Source: Gammaproteobacteria bacterium
Lineage (GTDB): Bacteria > Pseudomonadota > Gammaproteobacteria > Pseudomonadales > Pseudohongiellaceae
Assembly (NCBI GenBank): GCA_030427065.1
Contig: JAUHWU010000001.1
Location: 57,283 to 121,282, forward strand
Reading direction: 5' to 3'
DNA: 64,000 bases
The translations under genes and the position numbers were made by a program. This document shows positions 11,476 through 21,052 of this stretch, one piece after another. Under the pieces are notes generated by a model. It searched no databases and was not told where the DNA came from. It saw only the letters and a list, made by a program, of their open reading frames with translations. Every line of letters begins with the position of its first letter. Position 1 is the first letter of the stretch.

Positions 11476-12936
11476 ATGTACAGTAATCTCATAATCGACC
11501 TGATGCAGATTATCATGCTAACGATTAGTACAGTCGTGGTAATGGTGACTACTGCCTTTAAACGTGATCATGGCCTGATCAGCGGCCTCACTGTATTCGG
11601 CCTGACGGCTTCTTTATTGACTTTTGTCTTTGTCCAGCCTGTAGTACCGCTGGAAGCTACCCAGCTGCTCATGATTGATGAATACAGCCTGTTTTTCTCT
11701 AATCTGATTATTGTCGGCGCTATTGGTGTTGCCTTGCTGGCATATCCCTATTTCCAGAATCACAATGTACAAAATGAGGAATTCTATATTCTTCTCATGA
11801 CAGCGACTCTGGGAGCCGTGGTACTGGCCTGCAGCAATCACTTTGTATCGTTCCTGCTGGGCATGGAAATGATGGGCGTCAGTCTTTATGCCATGATTGC
11901 CTATCCGGTTCACGCAGCAAAATCAGCCAAATTTCCACTTGAAGCTGGCGTAAAGTATTTGATTCTTTCAGCGCTGACTTCGGGTATTACTCTTTTTGGT
12001 ATCGCGCTTGTCTATGCCTATATCGGCACAATGGGCTTTGATGAAATACCCGCAGCCCTTGAGGCGGCAGGCGAGCTTGGCCCGGTCTTTCTGATTGGTG
12101 TGCTGATGATTGTGGCGGGCTCCGCGTTCAAATTATCCCTGGTACCATTTCATATCTGGACACCCGATGTTTACGAGGGGGCACCGGTTCCCGTTACCGC
12201 TTTTCTTGCCACTGTCTCAAAAGCAGCAATGCTGGCTGTGACTTTACGATTACTACTGGTCTCCAATGCCATCGAATTAAATGTTGTTACTACCGTCTTG
12301 ACCGTAATGGCTGCAGCCTCAATAATCTTCGGTAATCTGCTTGCCTTGCTCCAGGAAAACGTAAAACGACTGTTTGCCTATTCCTCAATTGCGCATCTTG
12401 GTTATCTGCTGGTCATCATTATTGCCGCCGCTAAAATCCCGGGCGCGCTTTCAGTGGAAGGGGTGAGCTTCTATATGCTGGCCTACTTTGTCATGTCGCT
12501 ATCCGGGTTTGCGGTTATCAGCGCCCTGTCTAACAGTGAAAAGGAATATGATCAATTGGCAGATTTCCGTGGCCTGTTCTGGCGTAACAGCTGGGTTTCG
12601 GCTGTACTGATCACTGTGTTGCTATCACTGGCGGGCATTCCTCTAACGGCAGGTTTTATTGGTAAATTCTACATTTTCACTACCGGTGTGGAAGGTGAAC
12701 TGTGGTTTCTGCTTACCATGCTTATCATCGGTAGTGCCATTGGCCTTTATTATTACCTGCGCCTTATCTATATCATGTTGCAACCTGCCGATAACAATGC
12801 CGCTGATCCTGCAACAGTTTCATTGCCGCTGGGTGTTCATGCGGTAATGGCGGCAATGACGGTAGCGATAATCTATCTGGGGGTTTATCCTGCACCGATG
12901 ATAGATACTTTGCAAAGTCTGGCAAGCGCCTTTTAA
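11476..12936 (+). CDS. nuoN: NADH-quinone oxidoreductase subunit N (antiporter-like)
   Basis: ND2-like polytopic protein (FHIWTPDVYEGAPVPVTAFLATVSK). Last gene of the nuo operon. Confidence 0.9.
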   Translation: MYSNLIIDLMQIIMLTISTVVVMVTTAFKRDHGLISGLTVFGLTASLLTFVFVQPVVPLEATQLLMIDEYSLFFSNLIIVGAIGVALLAYPYFQNHNVQNEEFYILLMTATLGAVVLACSNHFVSFLLGMEMMGVSLYAMIAYPVHAAKSAKFPLEAGVKYLILSALTSGITLFGIALVYAYIGTMGFDEIPAALEAAGELGPVFLIGVLMIVAGSAFKLSLVPFHIWTPDVYEGAPVPVTAFLATVSKAAMLAVTLRLLLVSNAIELNVVTTVLTVMAAASIIFGNLLALLQENVKRLFAYSSIAHLGYLLVIIIAAAKIPGALSVEGVSFYMLAYFVMSLSGFAVISALSNSEKEYDQLADFRGLFWRNSWVSAVLITVLLSLAGIPLTAGFIGKFYIFTTGVEGELWFLLTMLIIGSAIGLYYYLRLIYIMLQPADNNAADPATVSLPLGVHAVMAAMTVAIIYLGVYPAPMIDTLQSLASAF

Positions 12937-13312
12937 ACAAGGCCTGGGTTTAGTCATTCTCAAGGCTCGCAGTGCTCATTCAACGTGACGCTGCGCGTGC
13001 AACTCTTCGCCAGAAACACCCATTTCCAGTCTTCATATCGCTTTTTTGGTTATTTTTTAGCCAGGATTGCAGATAACTCCATGAAATCAGTGTTATTTTT
13101 CGCTGTTTACTTGCATTGCTAAATCCATAGTGATTACAATCGCTACCCCGGCTGGATATATGTGCGGACAGAGACACAATGTGCATATATATAAAGCAGT
13201 TACAGCTCGAATTGAAAGAAGTTTCCAGATAATTCCGGAAACAGTAAGTAGCAACCAGTAACAGGCCTGAGTATTTTTTGTGAATACCAGCAGGCAGACC
13301 CGGAGTCCCGTT

Positions 13313-14011
13313 ATGTCGGTTTACAGCTATACCCGAACCTCGCAAATCGAATGCCTGGAAACGTCCCAGGATCTTGAAACCATTCTTGAGAAAGAAGATT
13401 TACGCCTGCAAACCTATGCACTGGGTGAAGGCATGAAAGTCGGCGAACGCTTTCTTGATCATAACCAGAAATGGAATGTCAGTTTCATGAAACGCCCGCA
13501 GGCGGCGAGCATGATGAGTCGTGCGGAAGCAGGGGACATAATTCTGGTATGTACTCTTGAGCGAATTTTCAGTAATTGTGATGACATGGTTGCCACATTA
13601 CAGGAATTGCGAAAGCGCAAAATCAAATTAATCGTTGTTGATCTGGATGGTGAAGTTACTGATCTGGACCTGAGACCGAAATTTAACGAGGTGCTGAAAA
13701 TCTTCCACAGCCTGGAACGCCGACGTTCTACAGAACGTATTAAAACCGTTAAGCAAAGTCAGCGTAAGAAAGGCCGTTTCCTGGGAGGCAGTCGTCCGTT
13801 TGGTTATATGATTCACTCCAATGGCCGGCTTATTGAAAACCCCATGGAGCAGCGGGTTCTCAAAAAAATTCTGGAAATGAAAAAGCAGGGTAAATCGCTG
13901 CGGGCTATTTCAGCCGAAGTCAGTACGCCAATCATGCCGGTCAGCTTCAAAACTGTGCAGCGCCTGATCAAACGTCATGATTCTGAAATCACTGCCAGGC
14001 AGGAAAGCTGA
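13313..14011 (+). CDS. Small serine recombinase (resolvase/invertase family) with a C-terminal HTH-like tail; orphan
   Basis: N-terminal YSYTRTS matches the Y-x-R-x-S catalytic serine motif. It also has GDIILVCTLERIFS, LERRRSTERIK (E-R pair) and GRFLGGSRPFGY, plus a KSLRAISAEV...TVQRLIKR HTH-like end. ATG 13313 has a GGAG 7 nt upstream. The track's GTG at 13280 is an alternative start. Confidence 0.75.
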   Translation: MSVYSYTRTSQIECLETSQDLETILEKEDLRLQTYALGEGMKVGERFLDHNQKWNVSFMKRPQAASMMSRAEAGDIILVCTLERIFSNCDDMVATLQELRKRKIKLIVVDLDGEVTDLDLRPKFNEVLKIFHSLERRRSTERIKTVKQSQRKKGRFLGGSRPFGYMIHSNGRLIENPMEQRVLKKILEMKKQGKSLRAISAEVSTPIMPVSFKTVQRLIKRHDSEITARQES

Positions 14012-14131
14012 TTCCTGTCAGCTGGAAGCACTCAGTCAATCTTGTCTTTGTTACTTCGTTCAAACCTGGCAGATGAGTCCGCATCAAGTCGCTGCATAGC
14101 CAGTAGGGACTAATCCCTGCATAATGCCGTC

Positions 14132-15379
14132 ATGTTAAAGTCCACTCCATTTCTAATAGGCCTGCGTTATCTTCTGGCCAGAAAAAATAACAGGATTATA
14201 TCCTTTACTTCGCTGATTTCCATGGCGGGTCTTACGCTCGGCGTTCTGGCTATTATTGTCGTGCTCTCTGTGTTTAACGGATCCCAGGGCATTATGAGAG
14301 ATCGCACTCTTATCACCGTTCCTCATGGCAATATCAGCGCTGACAGTGATTTTTCTTCCTGGCAGCAAGCCACAACATTGCTCAGGGACACCCCGCAGAT
14401 TGAGGGAATTGCGCCCTATATAGCACTGGAAGCCTTGCTCAGTCGTCAGGGTTATCACCAGGTGACAGAAATCAAGGCAATTTCACCTGCTGATGAAATG
14501 ACTGTCTCTACAATTGCAGAGAACATGGTGCAGGGAAATTTTGAGTCTTTGGTGCCGGGAGAAAACCGCATCATTCTGGGTAGAGTACTTGCCACAAATC
14601 TGCGACTGAACCTTGGCGATGCTGTAAATCTGATTGTGCCGGTGATAGGAGGTAACAGCTCCCTTAAATTGAATATGCATCGCTTCACTGTCTCAGGAGT
14701 CTTTGATCCTCAATTTACCATTGGCTCTGAGCTGGCCCTGATTCATCTTGAAGACAGCGCCGCACTTCTGGGACTGGAGGATATCAGCGACACTATTCAA
14801 CTTCGCCTGCGCGTAAGCGATCCTGATCAGGCTGCCGGCATTATTGCCAGCAGTGTTGAATTACTGGAATCAACCTTCACTGATCACCAATTTAGCGGCA
14901 GGGACTGGAGTATTACAGAAGCCAGTCTGTTCAGTGCCCTGAAGATGGAAAAGTTGCTGACCTGGTTTATGCTGATGATGATTGTTGCTATCGGTGCCTT
15001 CAATATAGTTTCCACACTGGTGATGGTCGTCTCGGAGAAAAAGGCGGATATCGCAATCCTGCGAACCATGGGGGCAAGTGATAAAACCATAATGGCTATT
15101 TTTGTTGTGCAGGGCACAGTGGTTGGCATACTGGGCACTATCGCCGGCGCTGCAGCAGGGGTTTTTATTGCCACGAACTTTACCGCCTTCTCCGGCGCAC
15201 TTGAACAACTACTGGCACCGGCAGACCTTTATGTTATAAGCGCACTGCCCGCAAAACTGCAAAGTTTTGATGTCTGGGTAACCTGTTGCGCGGCGCTGGT
15301 TATAAGTTTTCTGGCTACGCTTTATCCTGCCTTCAAGGCATCCCAGATTCTTCCTGCAGAAGTGTTACGTTATGAGTGA
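14132..15379 (+). CDS. lolC: Lipoprotein-releasing system transmembrane subunit LolC
   Basis: FtsX/MacB-type permease, 415 aa, with a C-terminal ...PAEVLRYE. First gene of a permease-ATPase-permease lolCDE arrangement. Confidence 0.85.
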   Translation: MLKSTPFLIGLRYLLARKNNRIISFTSLISMAGLTLGVLAIIVVLSVFNGSQGIMRDRTLITVPHGNISADSDFSSWQQATTLLRDTPQIEGIAPYIALEALLSRQGYHQVTEIKAISPADEMTVSTIAENMVQGNFESLVPGENRIILGRVLATNLRLNLGDAVNLIVPVIGGNSSLKLNMHRFTVSGVFDPQFTIGSELALIHLEDSAALLGLEDISDTIQLRLRVSDPDQAAGIIASSVELLESTFTDHQFSGRDWSITEASLFSALKMEKLLTWFMLMMIVAIGAFNIVSTLVMVVSEKKADIAILRTMGASDKTIMAIFVVQGTVVGILGTIAGAAAGVFIATNFTAFSGALEQLLAPADLYVISALPAKLQSFDVWVTCCAALVISFLATLYPAFKASQILPAEVLRYE

Positions 15380-16070
15380 GCCAGTTCTTTATTGCCAGCA
15401 TCTATCGCGGTCCTATCAGGAAGGGGGTAACACCCTGGAAGTCCTGAAAGATGTTAATTTGTCAGTAGCCGCAGGAGAAAGTGTGGCTATCAAGGGCACA
15501 TCCGGCTCAGGCAAAACCACTTTGCTGAATCTGCTGGGCGGAATTGATAAACCAACGTCAGGGCTGGTCAGTATTCTTGGCCAGGATCTATCCACCCTTG
15601 CCGGTGTAAAACTCGACAAGTTACGCAATCAGACACTGGGTTTTGTTTACCAGTTCCATCATTTGCTGGGCGAGTTTTCCGCACAGGAAAATGCCGCTAT
15701 GCCATTGATTATTGCAAGGCGTCCCTATGCAGAATGTATGGACAAGGCCGCGCAGATTCTGGAGCGGGTAGGATTGCAGGAGCGTCTGACACACAAACCG
15801 TCCCAGCTTTCAGGCGGAGAGCGCCAGCGTGTTGCCATAGCCAGGGCCCTGATCAACAACCCTGCCTGCGTCTTGATGGATGAGCCTACCGGCAACCTTG
15901 ACGGCCAAACCGCAAAGGGAATCCAGGTACTCATGCAGTCATTGAAGGCCGAAATCACAACCAGCTTTATAGTCGTCACCCATGACCCTGTGTTTGCAGC
16001 ACAGATGGATAGCTCCTATTTGCTCAACAATGGTGTTCTTGGTGCCGACACCTCCGGCGGTGAGCAATAA
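15372..16070 (+). CDS. lolD: Lipoprotein-releasing system ATP-binding protein LolD
   Basis: Walker A GTSGSGKTT, ABC signature LSGGERQRVAIARAL, Walker B VLMDEPTGNLD. Confidence 0.9.
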   Translation: MSEPVLYCQHLSRSYQEGGNTLEVLKDVNLSVAAGESVAIKGTSGSGKTTLLNLLGGIDKPTSGLVSILGQDLSTLAGVKLDKLRNQTLGFVYQFHHLLGEFSAQENAAMPLIIARRPYAECMDKAAQILERVGLQERLTHKPSQLSGGERQRVAIARALINNPACVLMDEPTGNLDGQTAKGIQVLMQSLKAEITTSFIVVTHDPVFAAQMDSSYLLNNGVLGADTSGGEQ

Positions 16071-16072
16071 GC

Positions 16073-17329
16073 ATGCAGACTCCATTCGCGTTCTTTATTG
16101 GCAAACGCTATACCTCAATCCGCTCCCGCAATTTACTGATTGGCTTTATTTCCCTGTTATCAATTATTGGCCTGAGCCTGGGCGTCGCAGTATTAATAAC
16201 GGTTTTGTCTGTGATGAATGGCTTTGATAGGGAGTTGCAAAACAGAGTCCTTGCCATGGTGCCTCATATCACAATTTACAACGGCAGAAGCGATCCTCCC
16301 ATGAGTAACGCCCAGTGGTCAGCCTATCAACCGGCGCTGGATAAGATTAATGGTATTACAGGCACGGCTCCATTTTTGCAGGTTGAGGGCATGTTGCTGG
16401 CTAATGGCAGCAGCAAGGGCATTATTCTCAATGGTGTGGACACACAACAGGAAAGACAGGTTTCCGGCATTGAAGCATTTCTTGTAGAAGGTAGTCTGGA
16501 TAGCCTTGAGGACAAAAGTTACAACATACTGATCGGTGAAGAGATGGCACGAAACCTCGGTGTATCGACTGGAGATTCTGTGACCGTGGTTTCAACCGTA
16601 GTACCCATTACCCCTCTGGGAGAATTTACCCGCTACAAAAGGTTTACCGTTGGAGGAATTTTTAGAGTCGGCTCGCAACTCGATAATGGACTGGCTATCG
16701 CCTATCTAAGTGATGTACAGAGAGTTTACCGACTGGGAAACAACATTGACGGCCTGCGTGTACAGGTTAATGACTTATTCAATGTCGATAGTATAAGCCG
16801 ACAAATTCGCACGGATGTTACAGATGCCCATTTATTGTCGAACTGGACCTGGGATTACGGCAATATTTATGAAAACATCCGTCTTTCAAAATCCCTGGTG
16901 GGACTTTTGTTGTCATTACTTGTCGCAGTTGCAGCTTTTAATGTGGTGGTCAGCCTGATCATGGTGGTCAAGGAAAAGCAGGGCGATATCGCCATTCTCA
17001 GAACCATGGGAACGTCATTGCACAGTATCCGCAATATATTCCTTATACAGGGCCTGAGTATTGGTCTGATAGGGACGCTATTGGGCCTGGTGCTGGGGAT
17101 AATCTTTTCACTGACCGTCAGCGATATCGTCAGCTGGATTGAAAGTGTATTGGGCATGCAGTTTCTCAATGCGGATGTCTACCCGGTAAATTACCTGCCT
17201 TCCCAATTAAAGCTGCTGGATATTTTGCTGGTGTGTGGCATTTCATTATCCCTAAGTATGCTGGCGACGATTCTACCGGCACAGTCCGCAGCCAGGGTTG
17301 ACCCTGCAGAAGTCCTTCGCTACGAATAG
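16073..17329 (+). CDS. lolE: Lipoprotein-releasing system transmembrane subunit LolE
   Basis: Paralogue of the lolC product (same FIGKRY N-terminus and PAEVLRYE C-terminus), located downstream of lolD. Confidence 0.85.
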   Translation: MQTPFAFFIGKRYTSIRSRNLLIGFISLLSIIGLSLGVAVLITVLSVMNGFDRELQNRVLAMVPHITIYNGRSDPPMSNAQWSAYQPALDKINGITGTAPFLQVEGMLLANGSSKGIILNGVDTQQERQVSGIEAFLVEGSLDSLEDKSYNILIGEEMARNLGVSTGDSVTVVSTVVPITPLGEFTRYKRFTVGGIFRVGSQLDNGLAIAYLSDVQRVYRLGNNIDGLRVQVNDLFNVDSISRQIRTDVTDAHLLSNWTWDYGNIYENIRLSKSLVGLLLSLLVAVAAFNVVVSLIMVVKEKQGDIAILRTMGTSLHSIRNIFLIQGLSIGLIGTLLGLVLGIIFSLTVSDIVSWIESVLGMQFLNADVYPVNYLPSQLKLLDILLVCGISLSLSMLATILPAQSAARVDPAEVLRYE

Positions 17330-17490
17330 AAAAAAACCTGAACCATGTGTTCTCTCATCCCTGGTTCTTCCTTTACTCCCCACACTTCCGACACTCCCGA
17401 TACCCCCTGCAAATAATCAATCCGATTTTCCAGAGCAGTTTTTGAATAGCTGTACTAAGATAAAATGAAACGAAGCAGTGCAGGGAACGC

Positions 17491-19839
17491 ATGCGTGAAT
17501 GGATTTTGTCATTTGGCCTTGGTGTATTTGTAGCAGGTTTCGCGCCTCAACTTCCTCCATACAACACGATATTTTTATTTGTGGTGCCGGCACTGTTGTC
17601 TCTGCGTTACAAAATATTAAGTCTATCCGGGGCATTTTGTCTGGGATTGTTCTGTCTGTTTCAGTGGAGCTGGACACACCAGGAAAAAATCCTTCCTGTG
17701 GCACTGGAACAACAGGATATGTGGGTAAGGGGAGTGGTGACGGGTTTACCGCAAAGACAGGAAAACAGTACCCTATTTACTTTCAAGCCTGAATCCCTTT
17801 GCCAACAATCTGACATTTCTGATTGTCTGTTGCTGTTGCAAACAAATCGTCATCAAATTCTCCTCCATGACTACTCTGATGTCCTTTATTTACCAGGCCA
17901 ACACTGGCTGTTAAAAGTCAGGCTCAAGCGCCCCCATGGTTTTGCCAATCCTGGAAGCTTTGACTATGAACGCTGGCTGTTTCAGGAACGGCTCAGTGCA
18001 ACAGGTTATGTACGTAATGATTCATCTTCAATTCTGCTTGATGTCCGCAGACACTGGCTGTTTCATCCCTGGCATGACAGCCTCAGGTACCACCTGCAAC
18101 AAAAAATAAATCAGCTGCCTTTAGCGGTACCTGGATATATTTCAGCGCTGATTATCGGCGACCGCTATCAAATAACCGACGCACAATGGAATTTGCTAAC
18201 CACTACCGGAACAAACCACTTAATGGTGATTTCCGGTTTGCATATAGGGCTCGTAGCCTGGCTCACTTTTAATCTCATCCTGGTCATCTGCAGAGCCATT
18301 CCGGCACTGTGCCTCATTATTGCATCACCCAGATTAGCAGCCTTTATCGCAGTAATTGCGGCTTTTCTCTATGCCTGTCTTGCCGGTTTCAGTCTGCCTG
18401 TCCAGCGTGCCCTGGTGATGGTTATTTGCCTGATGTCTGGTCAGCTTCTGGTCAGGCAGATATCGCCCTTGAATAGTCTTGGACTGGCTTTTTCTATGGT
18501 TATTTTATTTGATCCGCTTGCCCTGCAAAGTGCAGGTTTCTGGTTATCATTTGTTGCAGTAGGGGTTTTGCTTTCCACTTTGTCTGTAAACAATGACAAG
18601 GAGGATGTGCAGACTTTGCTATCCAGAATCAAAATCCTTTTGTATTGCCAGTGCTATTTGTTCATCGGCATGTTACCTGTAATGCTGTTATTTTTTGGTC
18701 AGCTCAGTCTGCTTGCACCAATCATAAACCTGCTTGCCATTCCCTTTGTCGGTATGTTGATCGTGCCATTATGCCTTTTGTCTCTGTTGGCTGGACTTTT
18801 AAGTCAGTCGCTGTTTGCTTTTCTGCTGTCATTGCCTGACTTTCTCCTCAGCGAAGTGGCAAGCGGGCTAGAGGAAGTCATCAAGATTCCCGATATCTTC
18901 ATATTGCCGTTTCCAACCCTTCCGGTCTGGCTATGGCTGCTTCTGCTGGGAGCGGTAATACTGCAATTTCTGTGTCGGGGTTTAGTCATAAAAGTGACAG
19001 GCCTTCTGGTAGTGTTGTTTTGTCTCAATTATTCACCGAAAAGACCGCAAAATAATGAGTTTATGCTGGATATTCTGGATGTTGGGCAGGGTCTGGCAGT
19101 TGTTGTCACCACACATAAGCATACCCTTGTTTATGATACCGGGCCGTCATACAACCCGCGCTTTAACGCAGGTAGTGGCATAATCCAGCCCTTTCTCCGG
19201 AATCAGAATCTGGGAGATCCTGACATTGTTGTTGTGAGTCACGGCGATAACGACCATGCCGGTGGCCTGTTGGCGCTGCTCAGCTATTTCCCCACTGCCC
19301 GGATTTATGCCGGTGAAGCCCTGGATCAAATATCTCAACTGGAAAATCCTCCCTCTATCAGTCACTGTTTGTCTGGGACAAAGTGGTGGTGGGACAGGGT
19401 AAAGTTTGAATTTCTCTATCCTGACAGACTTTCCCTGTCAGGAAATAATGCATCCTGTGTACTAAAAATAACCTCAGGTAACTACAGTGCGTTGCTTAGT
19501 GGTGATATCGAGAAAGAAGCAGAGTTAACCTTGCTAAAAACATCCAGAAACGACCTGCATGCAGATATCATGACGGCGCCTCATCATGGTAGTAAAACGT
19601 CCTCTATTGCACCGTTCATTCGACGCGTTGCAGCAAATCATGTGGTCTTTTCATCGGGTTATCTCAATAGCTTCGGCCATCCTCATGCAGACGTCAGACA
19701 GCGTTATGAAGCACTCAATACCAGTCTTTATGATACCGCACACAGCGGAGCACTTCGCTTCCATGTGTCTGCTGATGACGGCATTAAATCGGTTACCGGC
19801 TATCGCCAGACAAGCCCAAGGTTCTGGCATTTACCCTAA
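17491..19839 (+). CDS. comEC: DNA internalization-related competence protein ComEC/Rec2
   Basis: 782 aa with a polytopic competence domain plus a C-terminal metallo-beta-lactamase fold (DVGQGLAVV, SHGDNDHAGG, TAPHHGSKTSS). Confidence 0.85.
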   Translation: MREWILSFGLGVFVAGFAPQLPPYNTIFLFVVPALLSLRYKILSLSGAFCLGLFCLFQWSWTHQEKILPVALEQQDMWVRGVVTGLPQRQENSTLFTFKPESLCQQSDISDCLLLLQTNRHQILLHDYSDVLYLPGQHWLLKVRLKRPHGFANPGSFDYERWLFQERLSATGYVRNDSSSILLDVRRHWLFHPWHDSLRYHLQQKINQLPLAVPGYISALIIGDRYQITDAQWNLLTTTGTNHLMVISGLHIGLVAWLTFNLILVICRAIPALCLIIASPRLAAFIAVIAAFLYACLAGFSLPVQRALVMVICLMSGQLLVRQISPLNSLGLAFSMVILFDPLALQSAGFWLSFVAVGVLLSTLSVNNDKEDVQTLLSRIKILLYCQCYLFIGMLPVMLLFFGQLSLLAPIINLLAIPFVGMLIVPLCLLSLLAGLLSQSLFAFLLSLPDFLLSEVASGLEEVIKIPDIFILPFPTLPVWLWLLLLGAVILQFLCRGLVIKVTGLLVVLFCLNYSPKRPQNNEFMLDILDVGQGLAVVVTTHKHTLVYDTGPSYNPRFNAGSGIIQPFLRNQNLGDPDIVVVSHGDNDHAGGLLALLSYFPTARIYAGEALDQISQLENPPSISHCLSGTKWWWDRVKFEFLYPDRLSLSGNNASCVLKITSGNYSALLSGDIEKEAELTLLKTSRNDLHADIMTAPHHGSKTSSIAPFIRRVAANHVVFSSGYLNSFGHPHADVRQRYEALNTSLYDTAHSGALRFHVSADDGIKSVTGYRQTSPRFWHLP

Positions 19840-19942
19840 GCAGAAAGCGATATTTCAAGTATGGTAAGTGCCGCTAATATGATAAAGTGTGCGGCTTATA
19901 AGGTATTGTTAATACGTAGATTTTTAGCTGTATCCTGAGGAT

Positions 19943-20614
19943 TTGGCCAAAACCTGCAGACGGGAAGGAACGACGAAATTGTTTGAGATTGTACAGGCCG
20001 GTGGCTGGTTAATGCTGCCCATCATCCTATGTTCCATTGTTGCTATTGCCATCGTCATTGAACGCTTCTGGACGCTGAATCCGGCGCGTATTGCGCCACG
20101 CAATGTGCTTGCTGAAGTATGGGGAAAGATCAAGCAAAATCAGCTTGATGCCACCGAATTACGGGATCTGCGCATGTCCTCTCCGCTGGGACAGATTCTT
20201 GCTGCCGGACTGGTTAATTCCAAGGCAGGCAGAAGCATCATGGCAGAAAGTATTGAACAGGCTGCCAGCCATGTGGTCCATGATCTGGAACGTTACCTCA
20301 GTACACTGGGGACAATTGCTGCCATCACGCCGTTGCTGGGCCTACTTGGTACTGTATTTGGCATGATCAGGGTGTTTAGTGAAATCATGGCGCAGGGTAC
20401 AGGTAACGCCAATGCACTGGCGGGTGGAATTTCAGAAGCCCTGATAACCACTGCGGCAGGCCTGTGTGTGGGCATACCGGCATTGATGTTTTACCGGATG
20501 TTTCTGCGCCGGGTGGAAAGCCTTGTCATCGATCTGGAAAGAGAATCCATTAAACTGGTGGATGCCCTGCATACTTCCCGGGGAGTTGAAATCAGGGAAG
20601 TCGGCGAAAGCTGA
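19943..20614 (+). CDS. exbB: MotA/TolQ/ExbB family proton channel protein
   Basis: ExbB-like sequence (GGWLMLPIILCSIVAIAIVIERFW; LGLLGTVFGMI; EALITTAAGL). The TTG start is uncertain; a TTG at 19979 is an alternative. Confidence 0.85.
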   Translation: MAKTCRREGTTKLFEIVQAGGWLMLPIILCSIVAIAIVIERFWTLNPARIAPRNVLAEVWGKIKQNQLDATELRDLRMSSPLGQILAAGLVNSKAGRSIMAESIEQAASHVVHDLERYLSTLGTIAAITPLLGLLGTVFGMIRVFSEIMAQGTGNANALAGGISEALITTAAGLCVGIPALMFYRMFLRRVESLVIDLERESIKLVDALHTSRGVEIREVGES

Positions 20615-20632
20615 ACAACGGGGAATAAGCCG

Positions 20633-21052
20633 GTGAAATTTCAACGCAGTTTGAAGGAAGAGGTTAATGTCAATCTGACCCCATTGATTGACGTGGTTTT
20701 CCTGCTGCTTATTTTTTTCATGGTCACGACCACTTTTTCACGCAACACCAATCTGTTAATCAATCTTCCTGAAGCCAGTGGTCAACCCAGTGAACGGGAA
20801 GCCATCGAAATAGAAATTCTGATTTCAGAAAACGGCACTTATTCAGTGAATGGTCGACAGCTGGTGAATACACAAATTGAAACCTTGATGCGCACGGTCT
20901 CCGAAGTCAGTGGCGGCGATTCCAGCATTCCGCTGTTTATTACTGCTGACGCCAATACCTCACACCAGTCAGTAGTCACGGCCATGGATGCGGTAGCCCA
21001 GCTTGGCTTCAGCAGTTTGAACATCGCCACCCGTGAACCCGGATCGCAATAA
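20633..21052 (+). CDS. exbD: ExbD/TolR family biopolymer transport protein
   Basis: INLTPLIDVVFLLLIFFMV TM motif followed by a periplasmic domain. GTG start. Confidence 0.85.
   Translation: MKFQRSLKEEVNVNLTPLIDVVFLLLIFFMVTTTFSRNTNLLINLPEASGQPSEREAIEIEILISENGTYSVNGRQLVNTQIETLMRTVSEVSGGDSSIPLFITADANTSHQSVVTAMDAVAQLGFSSLNIATREPGSQ

Noticed and set aside
12980-13345. A 121-aa minus-strand ORF covering the nuoN/serine-recombinase spacer.
   Set aside because: It has no motif, a Cys/Ser/Asn-rich composition and no evident RBS, and it overlaps the recombinase start. It is more likely noncoding promoter DNA.
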